NCBI GenBank assembly: GCA_048013815.1
Contig: CM106585.1
Span: forward strand, 20,088,001-20,152,000
Direction: 5' to 3'
DNA length: 64,000 nt
Source of the DNA: Setoptus koraiensis
Taxonomy: Eukaryota; Animalia; Arthropoda
Part shown: one piece after another, positions 10,855-23,123 of the stretch
Numbering within the stretch: the first letter of the stretch is position 1
Layout: every line of letters starts with the position of its first letter
The notes under the pieces: model-generated
The model's database searches: none
Seen by the model: the letters and a program-made list of their open reading frames with translations, nothing else
What the model was told of the DNA's origin: nothing
Position numbers and translations under genes: made by a program

Positions 10855-11937
10855 CTATTCTGTTGCTTGGTTGCGTGCAGTAGTGGAAGGCTGAAGAGCT
10901 TTCGCGGTAAATAGTTTAGCTATATTTTCGCTAGCGAATGTCGACGATTGCTGACAATAGTTTAATGTCTGTGAATAATTCAAAGATGCCTCTAACCGTT
11001 GTAAAGGTGCTGTTACTCTGACTATCTTATTTATCTCTTCTTCAGTCAGTGGTGGCTCTCCGCGGGCTTGACGCATGGCGTTCTCCCTCGTGATTTGTTG
11101 CTGCTTCATCATATACTGTCTCTGATAGTAGGCCCACCTTGTCGCCTCCTCAACGCATTTGGTTAAACTGTAGACACTCTTTTCTAGGACAGATATTGTA
11201 CCCATGTCAAAGAACTGCTTTCCTTCATCGGGTGCCATTTGTTTTTGCATCTCACAAACCAGAGCATTGGTCAATAGAGAGTTCTTTATAATGACGGGAA
11301 TTTCTTCGAAAAACTTGTCGAATGACATATTGTGTCTTTGTAGAGTTTCTGTTGTAAATTCACCTTCCTTGCATAGTGACAAGGCCAAACTGGTGAGACG
11401 GTAAGCCTTGAGCGATAGAAAACCACGTTGAGTTCTGATGGGGTCGTACATTAATGCCACTGACTCTTCTATAGAGTTTTGAGTCATGTATTGTAAGTCT
11501 ACTGTTTCCAACTTGCTCAAGCATGCACCAAACGGGCTACACTGATACCAACCGACGTGCATCTGATCGATATTGATGTTCCGTAAATGCTTCATCATTT
11601 GAGACTGGTATTCGTTCTCTTCGGCCTCTTCTTCCTCGGGATGTTTAGGTACGGCAAAACAATAAGTGATCTCTAACCTTCTGTCCTTAGCCATTCCCAA
11701 TAGAACACCTTGCACGTCAGATGCATGACCCTCCTCTTGACAATGTTTAATGATTTTCATTGCAACCTAAATGGACAAGCATTGATGAAGTAAGATTAGA
11801 TATACAAGCTGATTAATTTATACAGAATTGTTGCGCCAGTAGTTGACGTGACAGATTTTGTTACTTACCAAACCTTTAACTTCGACAGAATCTATCCTGA
11901 TCTCACGCTCAGCCAGACGTCCAGAGTAGTTAGCCAT
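10855..11937 (-). CDS. EIF3H: Eukaryotic translation initiation factor 3 subunit H, 2 exons, 326 aa
   Basis: Exon 1 is 11937-11869 (MANYSGRLAEREIRIDSVEVKGL). A 102-nt GTAAGT..TTAG intron follows. Exon 2 is 11766-10855 (VAMKIIKHCQEE..GVLLG..LEITYCF..HVGWYQ..YDPIRTQRGFLSLKAYRL), a typical eIF3h MPN domain. AATAAA at 10839-10834. Confidence 0.96.
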
Positions 11938-12155
11938 ATTGGTTTATTTTTTTGTGCTATTGTACAGCAAGTGCAGATGATAATGTTCAAGGACGAGTTG
12001 TCTAATGATGATCTTCGAAAATAAAAATAATCTACAATTGACCGACATTCATTTAGGTGGTAGCGCCGACATATGTTTCAAGGTAAGAACGATAGCCGGC
12101 TGTAAGGGACGAGCCACAATAATATTCCACAAGGAAGCACGTCGACCACTGCTGT

Positions 12156-12173
12156 TTTGGCGCCAAGTTTGAA
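12156..12173 (+). promoter_or_regulatory. E2F/CDE - 4 nt - CHR composite element
   Basis: TTTGGCGC-CAAG-TTTGAA is the canonical E2F-type site followed after a 4-nt spacer by a perfect CHR, the DREAM/MuvB-binding configuration. It lies ~220 nt upstream of the eIF3h ATG. Confidence 0.5.
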
Positions 12174-12584
12174 GAGAAAAAAAAAATCGCTCGCAACCAA
12201 AGTCTTCACCTCTAGACGCTCCATACCACGAAGTTCGTGAACACTATATCAACAAAATTGCAACACGACATGCATGATCACTTTATCTAGATCCCGAAGA
12301 ATCGATGGGCGTCGAAAGGTCTAGTCGTCTTCTCCTAACAAATTAATGGAAACATGGAACAGGAAGAATTACTTTTAAAGTGGCAATCAATTTATATTTA
12401 TTTATGAACACTAGTGTTTTTATACAAATACTCAAAATGATGTATACAATCTAAGGACGATCTGAAATGAACCTATTACGAGACACAAAAAAGAATCAAC
12501 AGGAATATAGGCACTTTCCCGTGGTCTCAGCCATTGTCTAAACAGCATTATGAGTATACAAACAACAACAGTATGGAACATAAA

Positions 12585-15269
12585 TCAATCTTCAGCCATG
12601 AATTTGATTGTTGTGTCATTACTGAATAGTTCGGTGGGCACTGTGAGAGGCACCCAATCAGGCATCAACAGGGCGGCCTGCTCCATTCTTCTACTCTCAA
12701 GGTGCTGCTCCAATTCTTCAGCGGTCAACTGACCTTCCATACTAAAACCATTATTTGTTGAGACTACAGGGCTAGGCGATGAGAATTGTGAGAGTTGAGT
12801 TTGTTGCTGCAATTGCGGCTGAGGACTCTGCTGTTGCATCTGCGGCTGCGGGCTTGGTTGCATTTGCGGCTGAGGGCTGTGATGCTGCAGTTGTTGAGTG
12901 GATAACATCCGGATTTGTATCGCAGGTTGTTGCAACTGCTGAGTGTGGTGTATTTGATGCTGCTGCAACTGTAGTTGCTGCACTTGTTGATGAGTTTGCA
13001 TATGTTGTATTTGATGCTGTTGTTGAGCCTGCTGCTGCAATTGTTGTTGTTGGGCCGGTTGTTGCAGTTGCTGGGTCTGATGAATTTGTTGTGTCTGTTG
13101 AATTTGCTGTGTCTGTTGTAGTTGTTGGGTCGGATGCAACTGTTGTATTTGGTGGGTTTGTTGACTCTGTTGGGTCTGCTGAAGCTGTTGGGTTGGCTGA
13201 ATCTGTTGGGTTTGCTGAATCTGTTGGGTTTGCTGAATCTGTTGGGTTTGCTGAATCTGTTGGGGCTGCTGTAATTGTTGATTTTGTTGTATCTGTTGGG
13301 GCTGCTGTAATTGTTGAGTTTGTTGTATCTGTTGGGGCTGCTGTAATTGTTGAGTTTGTTGAATCTGTTGGGGCTGCTGTAATTGTGTAGTTTGCTGAAT
13401 CTGTTGGGGCTGCTGTAATTGTTGAGTCTGCTGAATTTGTTGGGGCTGCTGTAATTGTTGAGTTTGTTGTATTTGTTGGGGCTGCTGTAATTGTTGAGTT
13501 TGCTGTATTTGTTGGGGCTGTTGAGTCTGTGCTATTTGTTGGGTCTGCTGTAGCTGCTGGTGGTGGGTTTGTTGTTGCAGTTGCTGTTGTGTACCCTGAT
13601 GTTGAAGTTGTTGAGTTTGAGTGGATAACATTCGGATTTGAATCGCGGGTTGCTGCTGCAACTGTTGGGGGTGATGTATCTGATGCTGCAATTGCTGCTG
13701 CTGCTGCACCTGTTGAAGTGTCTGCGGCCTCTGTAATTGCTGTTGTTGTTGGGTTGGTTGCAGTTGTAGGTGGTGAGTTTGCTGTTGCAATTGTGACCTG
13801 GGGGATTGGAGTTGCATTTGTTGAGTCTGCTGTTGAGTCGATATCATTCGAAGCTGAATTGTTGGCTGTTGCTGCATCTGCTGAGGGTGGTGTATCTGAT
13901 GCTGCAGTTGCGAGGCCTGCTGTTGAGGTTGCTGGTGTAGTTGCTGATGCTGCAATTGTTGATGCAGTTGTAGCTGTTGTTGAAGTTGAAGCTGTTGGGT
14001 CTGTCGCTGAGTTTGCTGCTGTAGTTGAGGCTGTTGTTGAATTGTTTGAGAGGGTAACTGTTTCTGTTGATTCTTTTGTGCTTGCTTCTGGTTCTGCTTA
14101 GATCGAGCTCCTGCGTTCTGGCGACTTTTTGGTGCTGCTGGGGGTTTCGTCGTATTAGCCACTTGCTTGATCACATTGGATTTTGTATCATCCAGGTTGT
14201 TTGAATTGTCTTGTTGGCCAGCTACCAAAACAGTCTGAGTAGCAATTATGATTTGATTCTGTTTAGTTGATAGATTAGACAGCTTTGGCTGTGCTTGAGG
14301 GGTCACCGTTGGTGTTGTAGTCAGCGAGGCCTTTGAACGGTTTTGCGTCCTCTTAGCTGTTGTGGAGGTCTTGGTGGCAGCGGGTGTACTCGCCTTTTTA
14401 ACAGCCGGGCTGGATTTGTCTGCTGCCGAGGAGGCACGTCGTTTATTGGCTGGAGGTTTGGTCGGCTTTTCATTATTTTTATTATTGGTTGTATTTGTAG
14501 CTATAATACTTCCAGCTGTACTAATCATACCAACAGTATTAGCAGTCAGGTTATCAGGATTTTTATCACTAATGGTTTGTGGTAGTATTCCGTTATTAGT
14601 TTCAACAATAGCCTCAATGGGCGGAGTACTCGTTTGAACGTTTGCGACTGCAACTTGTGGCTTGATTATGTTTGAGGGAGAGCACACTGATTGAGAGGCT
14701 TCGTTAATAGTCCTAGACAGTTTTTTTCTGGTGCAGTGACAAATGCGAGAGATAGTAAAAGAAGAGGCACAGAATTTTGTTTTTATAAGATTAGTTATAA
14801 GTATAGTCATTAGTTTGAAGGCAGAGGGCGAAGAAAGGTTGAAATATTTACTTTTTGGAATCTTGGGACGGCGTATTTTTCTCATTCGTCTCTTCGGATT
14901 CACTATCACTGGATGGGCTCTCGGAGCCAGAGCTCGAAGAGCTGAAAGTTTCATATTGTACAACACGTTCTAATAAATGATTCTTATCACGATAAATATC
15001 AAGGAGCTCTCTTTGGAGCTTTCTCAATTCCTCTTCAAATAATTCATTTTCCTGGAGTAGATTGAATGTGGGTTCGAATAGAGAGAAATCGATATTTGAT
15101 AACGGATGATAATTAGAAGAATGATTCTTGTTTGAACGAGAAAGCAAAAGTGCAGTATGCTACTTACATATAATAAAACTTTGAGTTTGTTTTTCATCGA
15201 CCGATACTTCTGCCGGTAATCGATGATTCCTGGACTCTGGTTGGGCTTTGTTTCGTCCGTCACTGGCAT
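12585..15269 (-). CDS. INO80E: INO80 complex subunit E with a large Gln-rich insertion, 3 exons, ~814 aa
   Basis: Exons 15269-15168, 15051-14852 and 14727-12585, with GT-AG introns of 116 and 124 nt and consistent phases. The N-terminal coiled coil [52 protein letters not shown] and the C-terminal LTAEELEQHLESR..VPLTVPTELFSND match the two conserved INO80E/CCDC95 blocks. Confidence 0.9.
13185..13525 (-). repeat. Coding minisatellite, 36-nt unit (LQQPQQIQQTQQ) x ~8, decaying into 18-nt units
   Basis: TTA (Leu) codons recur exactly every 36 nt at 13274, 13310, 13346, 13382, 13418, 13454 and 13490. Confidence 0.9.
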
Positions 15270-18200
15270 CTACATTGATTTATAAAAAATTCCTGTAATT
15301 GAATTGATAATAGTGATTGGCTCGGTAACAACTGGCAAAATATCTGATACTAGTATTCACTCGTATTCTTTTTGTTGCCCTGATATGATAATATTAATAA
15401 CTGCATTGAAATAGGGTAAAATAAATCTAAAGTATATATATATAAAAAGGGGTAAAAGTAGGCCAAGATACAACAACAACAACAGGTCTCGTAGCAGCGC
15501 AATTTTGTTGTGATTTGGGTAAGCGTGTCTCAATAGCCATGCACAGTTGATAATATGCAGCAATCGTTACTATTGTCAGTATTATTGAAATGAGGCCAAG
15601 TTGATAGTTGATAATAGGTGGCGGTTGTAGGTAACTTGTGGATCTCGTCACCAAAACAATAAGAGACGTTAATAGGTTTTGTGGAGCCAGGAAGATTTGG
15701 TGCAATCCTAAAATTTATTAATCCCAATATAATATCAATGTTTCCAGTCATATTATATTATTGCCATGATAGATGTGTAATGATGATCAAACATTATCAC
15801 GTTGATTGGGCGCCGAGATAGTAATCCTCTGTTGCTGTTGCTAGCTGTGGAGATTGTATTGCTAATAATAATAATATATAAACAACAATCGAACAAGGAC
15901 AATATATAGCCTAAAATGTGTTGCTGTGATGTTCTTCACCTCCACTTTCTACCTCTTTATGAGTTTTCGTAGAAATATTGTTGTTGTATAATTGTTGTAT
16001 TCAGGTAGCAAAGGCAAAGTTTGACAACAGATTTATGCAGATGATGAATTTTTGTATCTATGTAGTAAATAAATTCATAATAATCTTTATAAAAATCTAA
16101 TTATCTTGTGTAAAGAGTGATCAATGATCTTGATATATAACTGTATAGATTAGTATTGAATTCGCGCACGCATGGATGTACGTACTATATTATCACCATT
16201 ACTATCATTATTATTATTATTATTTTATATTTCTTTTTTTCTTTTTCTTTTCTTCATTATGCGTTTCAATAATCGTTTTAGAATTTTTCCCTCCCCATGG
16301 AGAAATTATTCACATTCGATTCTACGGTTGTGAGTTGTAATTTATGGGGAAAGCAAGTAAAAAGCGCCAGATTTAAACGCGCAACAAATGGTAGTGACTG
16401 GGGAAGTGGGGAGGCCTCCCCTTGTACGTGGAAGGACTGACGTGTGTTTTTAGCTCGAGTATACCGTGTTTTGCAGAAATTTATTTGAGAATAGAATTCT
16501 GAGCAATAAATAAAAGAAAACTATGAGCAAATATACCATAGCATATCATCATTTGCTGGAACTCTTCCCAGGAGATTCGCAATCAATCTCCCAAAATATG
16601 AGATGTGAATGTGAGATTCCTCTCTAATTTATAATCTCAAAGAATGTGCTGTGAGATGGGAGTTTCCACTCATTCCGCCTAAACGAAGTTAGACGATGGT
16701 TTCCAAAAGCTGTCCAATGCGTTAAGGAGGCACAAACTATACAGTTTTAAAATATACAAATTCTTTGGTGGATTGAGGTTTCGAGAACGGGAGGGCCAGT
16801 CAATATCGCGCCTTTCAGTTGCAATGTCCGCGCGAGCTTCTTCATTTCCAACCGGGAGTGAGGAGCCGACTTCCTGTGGAGCCTTCGATCTATCAATTAG
16901 ATTTCGCTCAATAAGGTACACGGTATCCGGGCTCTTATGAGAAAAGCCGTTAATTGGTGCATTGATAGTCATCACTGGTGGGAGGCTGAGGGGAGGCAGA
17001 TGCTTCGACGTGAGTTGGTTTGCGAACCCAGGCACCAAAGAACGGCGTTCGTTGCCAACGAAACGGTAACTGAGTGACTGTATCACGAATAATGAATCTA
17101 AAATAAACTGTTCGTCATTTTAACTGTAACTGATTACATCTAACTTTTCAGTCAGTGGATTCGAACCACGAAGACAATCAGCACCACGATGGCCAGTTGC
17201 CGCGGCTTTTCGACTGGTGCCTCGCTCACGTCATAAGCGAATATGGCACTAGGTGCACTGATCGATTGTATTAAATCAAATCTGCGATGCTGTTAGATTC
17301 TGTCTGGTTGAACTCATCAAAATAAGATTAGAGAAAGGTCCGACGGATTCGTTTTTGAGTAAAATTTCAGCACGTCGGATTGTGGCACCCGATGGCTAAT
17401 GGCTGCTAAGGCAATATATCAATTGTTCCAATGATAATACCGGTATATTGCCGGCTCGTTCTTCTCCCTCAACGTGGGGTCGATCCAATTTAGCTGGCAG
17501 CGTCAGACTCATCTAACAGAAACATAAAATATAGTGCTTCCCATAATTGGAATTGTCCCTTTGTTTTCGAATGCTCTCTCATTCATTTCGATTGAATCCA
17601 ATCATCGCGACATCGACTCTCCAAACTCTTACTTTTGATTTGTGCCACATTCGTAGCATCATTGAGATGCATGCCCAGGGATCACAAAGAATATTCTCGG
17701 TGTTTTGTCTCATAGCGATCGTTAATTGATGTAAACTTCATTTTGTTGGGTGCAAATCTAGCAAATAACACCAAAGCAAGGCAATTCGCCGCTCCCCTTC
17801 GATGGATACATTCGTTTAAATGCGCATTATGACTGATTAAATAAATCAAATTATTATTTTTTTTTTTTTGTAAAAATTCCATGTAGCCCGTTTTAACTAT
17901 GTGTCAATCATCAGGATTCAGCCCAATATACCGCTATTTCGCTATTCCATGACTGTTCTGACCAGGATGATTTGCTGATGATGATTCGATATTTTACGGG
18001 TACAAGGATTATTATTGCGCCAATGGCTCAGCCACGTTTGTTCACGTTTTATCTCTGTTGAGAATGTCAAATGAAATTACATGTATGAGTTCAGATAGAA
18101 TTGCAGTTTTTTGTTTGTTTTGTTCGGGGTAAAAAATGATTGAGTAATGAAAGCCATAACATAATGTAACTTAGATGGTTTCCTGCACAGTTTGACTGCT

Positions 18201-21200
18201 TTTTGAACTGATATAACGTTATATCATTATATTGGCAATGAATTACTCTGCATTCATGTTCAGCCGTTGAGGCCTGCAGTTGGCGACGAAGGGCGATTGT
18301 CGAGCCTTTCATTGCGTTGAGCCCGGTGGCCCGACCGAATGTGTCATTTCACATATTCGACGACAATCTTGAAGCCATCGCTTATTCTGTTGTCGCCACT
18401 GATGCAATTTCATCTGGGCACCCCTTGCCGCCAGAGCGTCTCGGTGCATTAACTAGGACTGCACTATTGGGTGATTTATAACCAACCAACGAACTATCCC
18501 GGCTAACGGCCTGTTACCTGCTGGAAGATTGTGAGTGATCAATTACTGATTGTTTTCGATTTGCAACAGACTTGCCACAAAGCGGCTTCGTTGGGGTCTA
18601 CAGCAAAGTTCTACAGCATCAGCTAGGTGTTCGGTTATGATCCGGTGGGTTGCAATATTGGGCACAACGACCAGTTGAGGCTGCCATTGTGCGACCCTGC
18701 GACACGACGACAAGCAAGCTCACAAGTGTGGTCGTCAGGGCAAACAGGATTCTCTGGCCGATAGCAAAGATGTGGGTCGGCTCATTAGAGATGCTGGAGG
18801 TTAGTTGTTGCTCACTTATCGCCCATGATGATTTATGCTGCGTATGTTATTAGCATATTACACTGCGCCTGCAGCTGATTAATATTCAGTCACAGGCTGA
18901 CAGGGATCAGCACAACATTACAAGTGTATCGTTTAATCATTACGATCTTCTGTTTGGTCGGCGAGCAGGTTTCTCAATTAGTGACTGTGTGACCCTCGAC
19001 GTTGCGAGAAATAGCGACATAAATTGAGTCATCGCTTACAACTTGTTAGCCGCAACAACAGCACCAGCACTAGCAGCAGCTCACAACTAGTTGTGTGTCA
19101 TTTCTGTCGCCAGTTGGTGTAGATCTGCTAACATCTAGAATGGGCATACAAATACGAATAGCATAATAAGCACGCACAAAGTACGCGCTTCCGTCGGGTC
19201 GTTATTGGCTCTTCAATCATCAGTGAAACTGTCATGTCGATGCGCAAACACTAATGGCGATTCGCTTCATTCTGACAGTGTCTCTATCCGGTCAGCCCGG
19301 TCCGTTTCGTATGTCCATTGCAATGGCCAATGAAAGCAGGGACACCGTTGACCAGCTCGGCACAGTGATCTAGGCGCGTGCAAGATGGGCTTTTCTTGAA
19401 ACAAGCCAGCATATCAACCCTTTCAGCGTCAACGGCATACGGCCCTTCCTATTGAGTGTGTCCCGGGCTCAACCAACTGCTTAGCTCTACCAATATTGGC
19501 CCAGAAGCAGCGCTCGCCGTCGAGCCGTAACATTAATTTGCTGTCACAGAGACTCAATAGTTGCAGCCAGGCTCCATAGTTGCGCCACGACGGAGTGGCA
19601 TTCGTCAGAAATGGAACGATATTTATTTAGGACTCATAACAGACTGCTCATGAAACGGTTGCAAAATGTTACTCGGATAACAATGATTACGCTAGATTCA
19701 GCGCGCTGAATTGAGTGCTGGTGGCGCATGTGGCAAAATGTCGCCCATTCATGAGCATGTCAAGTAGTCGATCATGGTAAGCGATCGACTGCAAGCGAAT
19801 AATTCTGTTCCATGGGGCGCCATTGAGTGGCCAAAAAAGTGACGCCCATTGATGGGGTATCAATGATGAGATGATAAGTGACTGTGTGTTAGACAGCAGC
19901 CAATTCGCGTGAGTTATGAATTGGCAGTTAACAGCCGATAATGTGGAGCGAAGGGGCCCCAGAATGATCTGTTGATCGCTGGTTGTGCCGACGACACGCT
20001 GGCACCGGGGCCAGTGGCGATGCGAAAGCAGACAGAAACACATTTTAAAGGATGTATTTTAGTCTGGCCGGCGCCGCTTGACGACACCGCCAATTTTATA
20101 GAAGTTGCCAATAGCGACATTAGTCGCCATTGCAACAGTCGCGATGAAGGCGAGCTTTCATGCAAGAACCATGACGAGCCATGGAAGAACTACGAAAGAG
20201 CTGCGAACGAACCACGAAAGAAGGCAGAAAGAAGGCAGAAAGAGGGCAGAGAGGAGTGCGCGAACGGCGCTAGGCTCGCCCGCTCGCTCCTTTCAAGGTT
20301 GACTGTTGGCCCGTCAATGATGAGTGAATAATGGCAATTTATTGAATTGGCTCAAATTGCCGCCACTGCTCAAATTGCTGGAAAGCGAACTGCGACTAGC
20401 AAATTGCCAATCGCTTTGCACCGGCCACCCCTGCTGGCCTATTAATGAGGCGCTTGAGTTGTTTGCTTTGCACACTTATGAACACACAATACATGGCTGC
20501 TCAACGGGCACCCATTCTGCGCGAATCAAATGATGTGTCGGCCTCATACACCGTGTACGTATGATACACGACCAACCAAGTCTAGACGCAGTCGCATCAT
20601 ATGCATAATATTTGCATATATGTGTGTCGGGCGCGGGGACCGGGCGTCATAAAACGATCGTGTGTGCACGTATGGATTATTCGGCTATTATTCGGTCTCT
20701 TTTGTGCGCGTTTATCCGCGTGTGCGCTTGTCCGAGCAGCGACAAGCGGATGGTCGCTCTCAAATGTAGAGAAAAGTAGAGGCTCTGGCCCATTCACTAG
20801 CGGCGGCGACCGGCATGCCCGGGCAGAAGGGCAAAAGAAAAGTCGCTTGGCTTTCGCGTTGCCATTGCGCAGATCAGCTGAGCGTTGCGATCATCAAAGT
20901 TTGATGAATAAATGGCACCAGAATGGGCCCAAAATGGGCCCAAAAGGGCGCATATTGTGCCCGGAGCAGCCAACTCGCCAGCCCTGGCGAGTTGCCGGCA
21001 CCCCGTGGCAACACAGCGGCAATTCCAAGACCGGCCCGGCGTCGCAGCAAGTGCCAGTCCGAACCGGAAGCGCCCCAAGAGGCCAAGTGAGCGAGGGGTC
21101 AGTGGTGCCGTTGTCAAGTAGCACTGCGATTGTGTCGGCGGCGGCGGCGGGGCCAATGATCCCCGTCTGTCGCGACCAATTATCGACGCCAGCTAATAGA

Positions 21201-21520
21201 CGCCGGCAATGAATAATGGTCGGTTGCATGCCGATTGTGCCGTCGTGTGTGCCCATGCCGGCACAATCAGTTTGTTGGCCCGCCGCTGGCCTGCACTTGC
21301 TCGCTTCCGGCTTCTTGTCGGGCCGTTCGGGTGGCACCGTTTGAGCTTGACGCGGCCAGTAGTTTTAAACTAACCGATTGTCGTTATTTGTTTGGCCTCG
21401 TTTGTTTTACAACCCACTGGCCGCTAACTCACACATTATGTGGCGCATGCACCCATCGCTGGCTGCAGTTGCGAGCGTGCGTTTTGCATGCTCGGGACGC
21501 GCGATTTGCGCCGCGGCCCC

Positions 21521-21580
21521 AACGGTTCGCAATGGTTCGCAATGGTTCGCAATGGTTCGCAATGGTTCGCAATGGTTCGT
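21521..21580. repeat. 10-bp tandem repeat AATGGTTCGC x6
   Basis: Six consecutive copies with single substitutions in the first and last. Confidence 0.95.
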
Positions 21581-23061
21581 TTCGTGATAATTGCCGGCCA
21601 TTTGCTGGCCCATTCAATTTCGTTTGAGAGCCGCTGCGCTGCGAGTCGACTAGCAGTAGACAAGTTGTTGCCGGGAAATAAATCGCGCGCGGCAGCCAAT
21701 TCATTACGACGCGGCCCGGCGCGGTTGCTGTGCTGAGCAGCGATAAACGCTCGAGCTCCAGCTCGAGCCCGAGTCGAGCCGCCCCAATGGAGCTTGCCAG
21801 CGGCTCGCTCGATTGGGGCGACTCGACTGGCGATGCCGACACGGCCAGTGCCACAAACCGCTGCGGGCTTGCCGTTGTTGCCGGTTTGCGGCCAGCATGT
21901 TTACACATGAGTCTGCCATATGCATCGACGGCCGTTTGGGCCAGCGTTTTTATTGTTTGTTGTTGCGCTAGCCGACAACTTTGCTAGCCGACACGGCCCA
22001 CGGCCCAATATAATGCACACTGTCTAGAGGGCAATTTGTTTTTGTTGCCTCTGCCCTGTTGCTGCCGTGGCTGTTGTTGCTGTCGGCGCTGTCGTCGGCG
22101 CTGTTGTTGGCAGCAACAGTAGCGATCAACTTGCGCTCGCCCGAACGTCACTTGTAACAATCACGCTGCCGTGGCGATAGGGGCATCGATGATTCAACTC
22201 CTCAGCGCCAACAGCGCGGCAGTAGAAGGCGGCAGCATTTGTTACAGTTTGGGGTCTGTCTGTGACCCATAGCTCACACTGCGCGCCACGCACCACAAGA
22301 CAGTTGGCGCAAAACCAACGCCGGCGTCCTCAATCTCGCTCAGAGACTTTGAGTCAAAGTGGCCGCAAACGCGCAACATTTTGCGGGCCGACAGTCGGTA
22401 ATCCCCGGCTGCAATGCGACTCGCATTATGCCACAGCTTCGGGGTATTAGTGCACTGCTCACAGTTATTACAGTGCAGTTATTTAATATCACACTGTCTG
22501 CGCTGTGATACACAAAATGGGGCCCAATAAATGGCTGCGATGAACGTTACGTCTCATGCACAAATCGCGCAACATACGGCCAGTCAGTCAGCCAGCCAGT
22601 CAGTCAGCCAGCCAGCCAGCCAGTGAGACAATGCAATTGCGATTGCACTGCTGGCTGCTTGACTCACTGTGGCCCATCGAGCCAGACTAGACTGCACAAT
22701 AGTCTACACAGGCGAGCTTGTCAGCGCAAATTGCGCAGACTTGTTTTGGTTGCTTGTAGATGCTTTGTGGCAATAATTCAATCTCGCTGATAATTTAATC
22801 TCTCGCAATTGCTTGCTGTCACGGTGACGTCACCAGGTAACAGGTATCGCCGGCGTGTCGTTGCTCAAGTCATTGCATTGGCGCCAGTGGCCCAAAGCAG
22901 CGACACACAAAGCAGCCAAACATGGCCAGTGTATACAGCACAGATACATGCACTCGTGTTAAAAACACACTGCTCGTAAATGCCTTACATACAGGTGTAA
23001 TGGCAGGCAAATGGCCCGTTTTGTCGCTTGTTTTGTCGGCGGTCGGCGGTCAGCGGTTAAT

Positions 23062-23123
23062 TCAATATTGAGTCAGTTAAATACTGAGTCAGCTAGATAT
23101 TGAGTCAGTTCAATATTGAGTGC
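23062..23123. promoter_or_regulatory. 16-bp-period repeat carrying three perfect AP-1 sites (TGAGTCA)
   Basis: TGAGTCA at 23069, 23085 and 23101, and TGAGTGC at 23117. Regulatory function is inferred. Confidence 0.4.

Noticed and set aside
12779-14637. Plus-strand Val/Ala-rich ORFs (203, 190, 91 aa)
   Set aside because: Antisense reading of the CAA/CAG Gln repeats of INO80E.
19972-21987. Many overlapping 70-200 aa ORFs in a GC-rich stretch
   Set aside because: No recognisable domain, no consistent splice chain, mostly non-ATG starts. High GC explains the stop scarcity.
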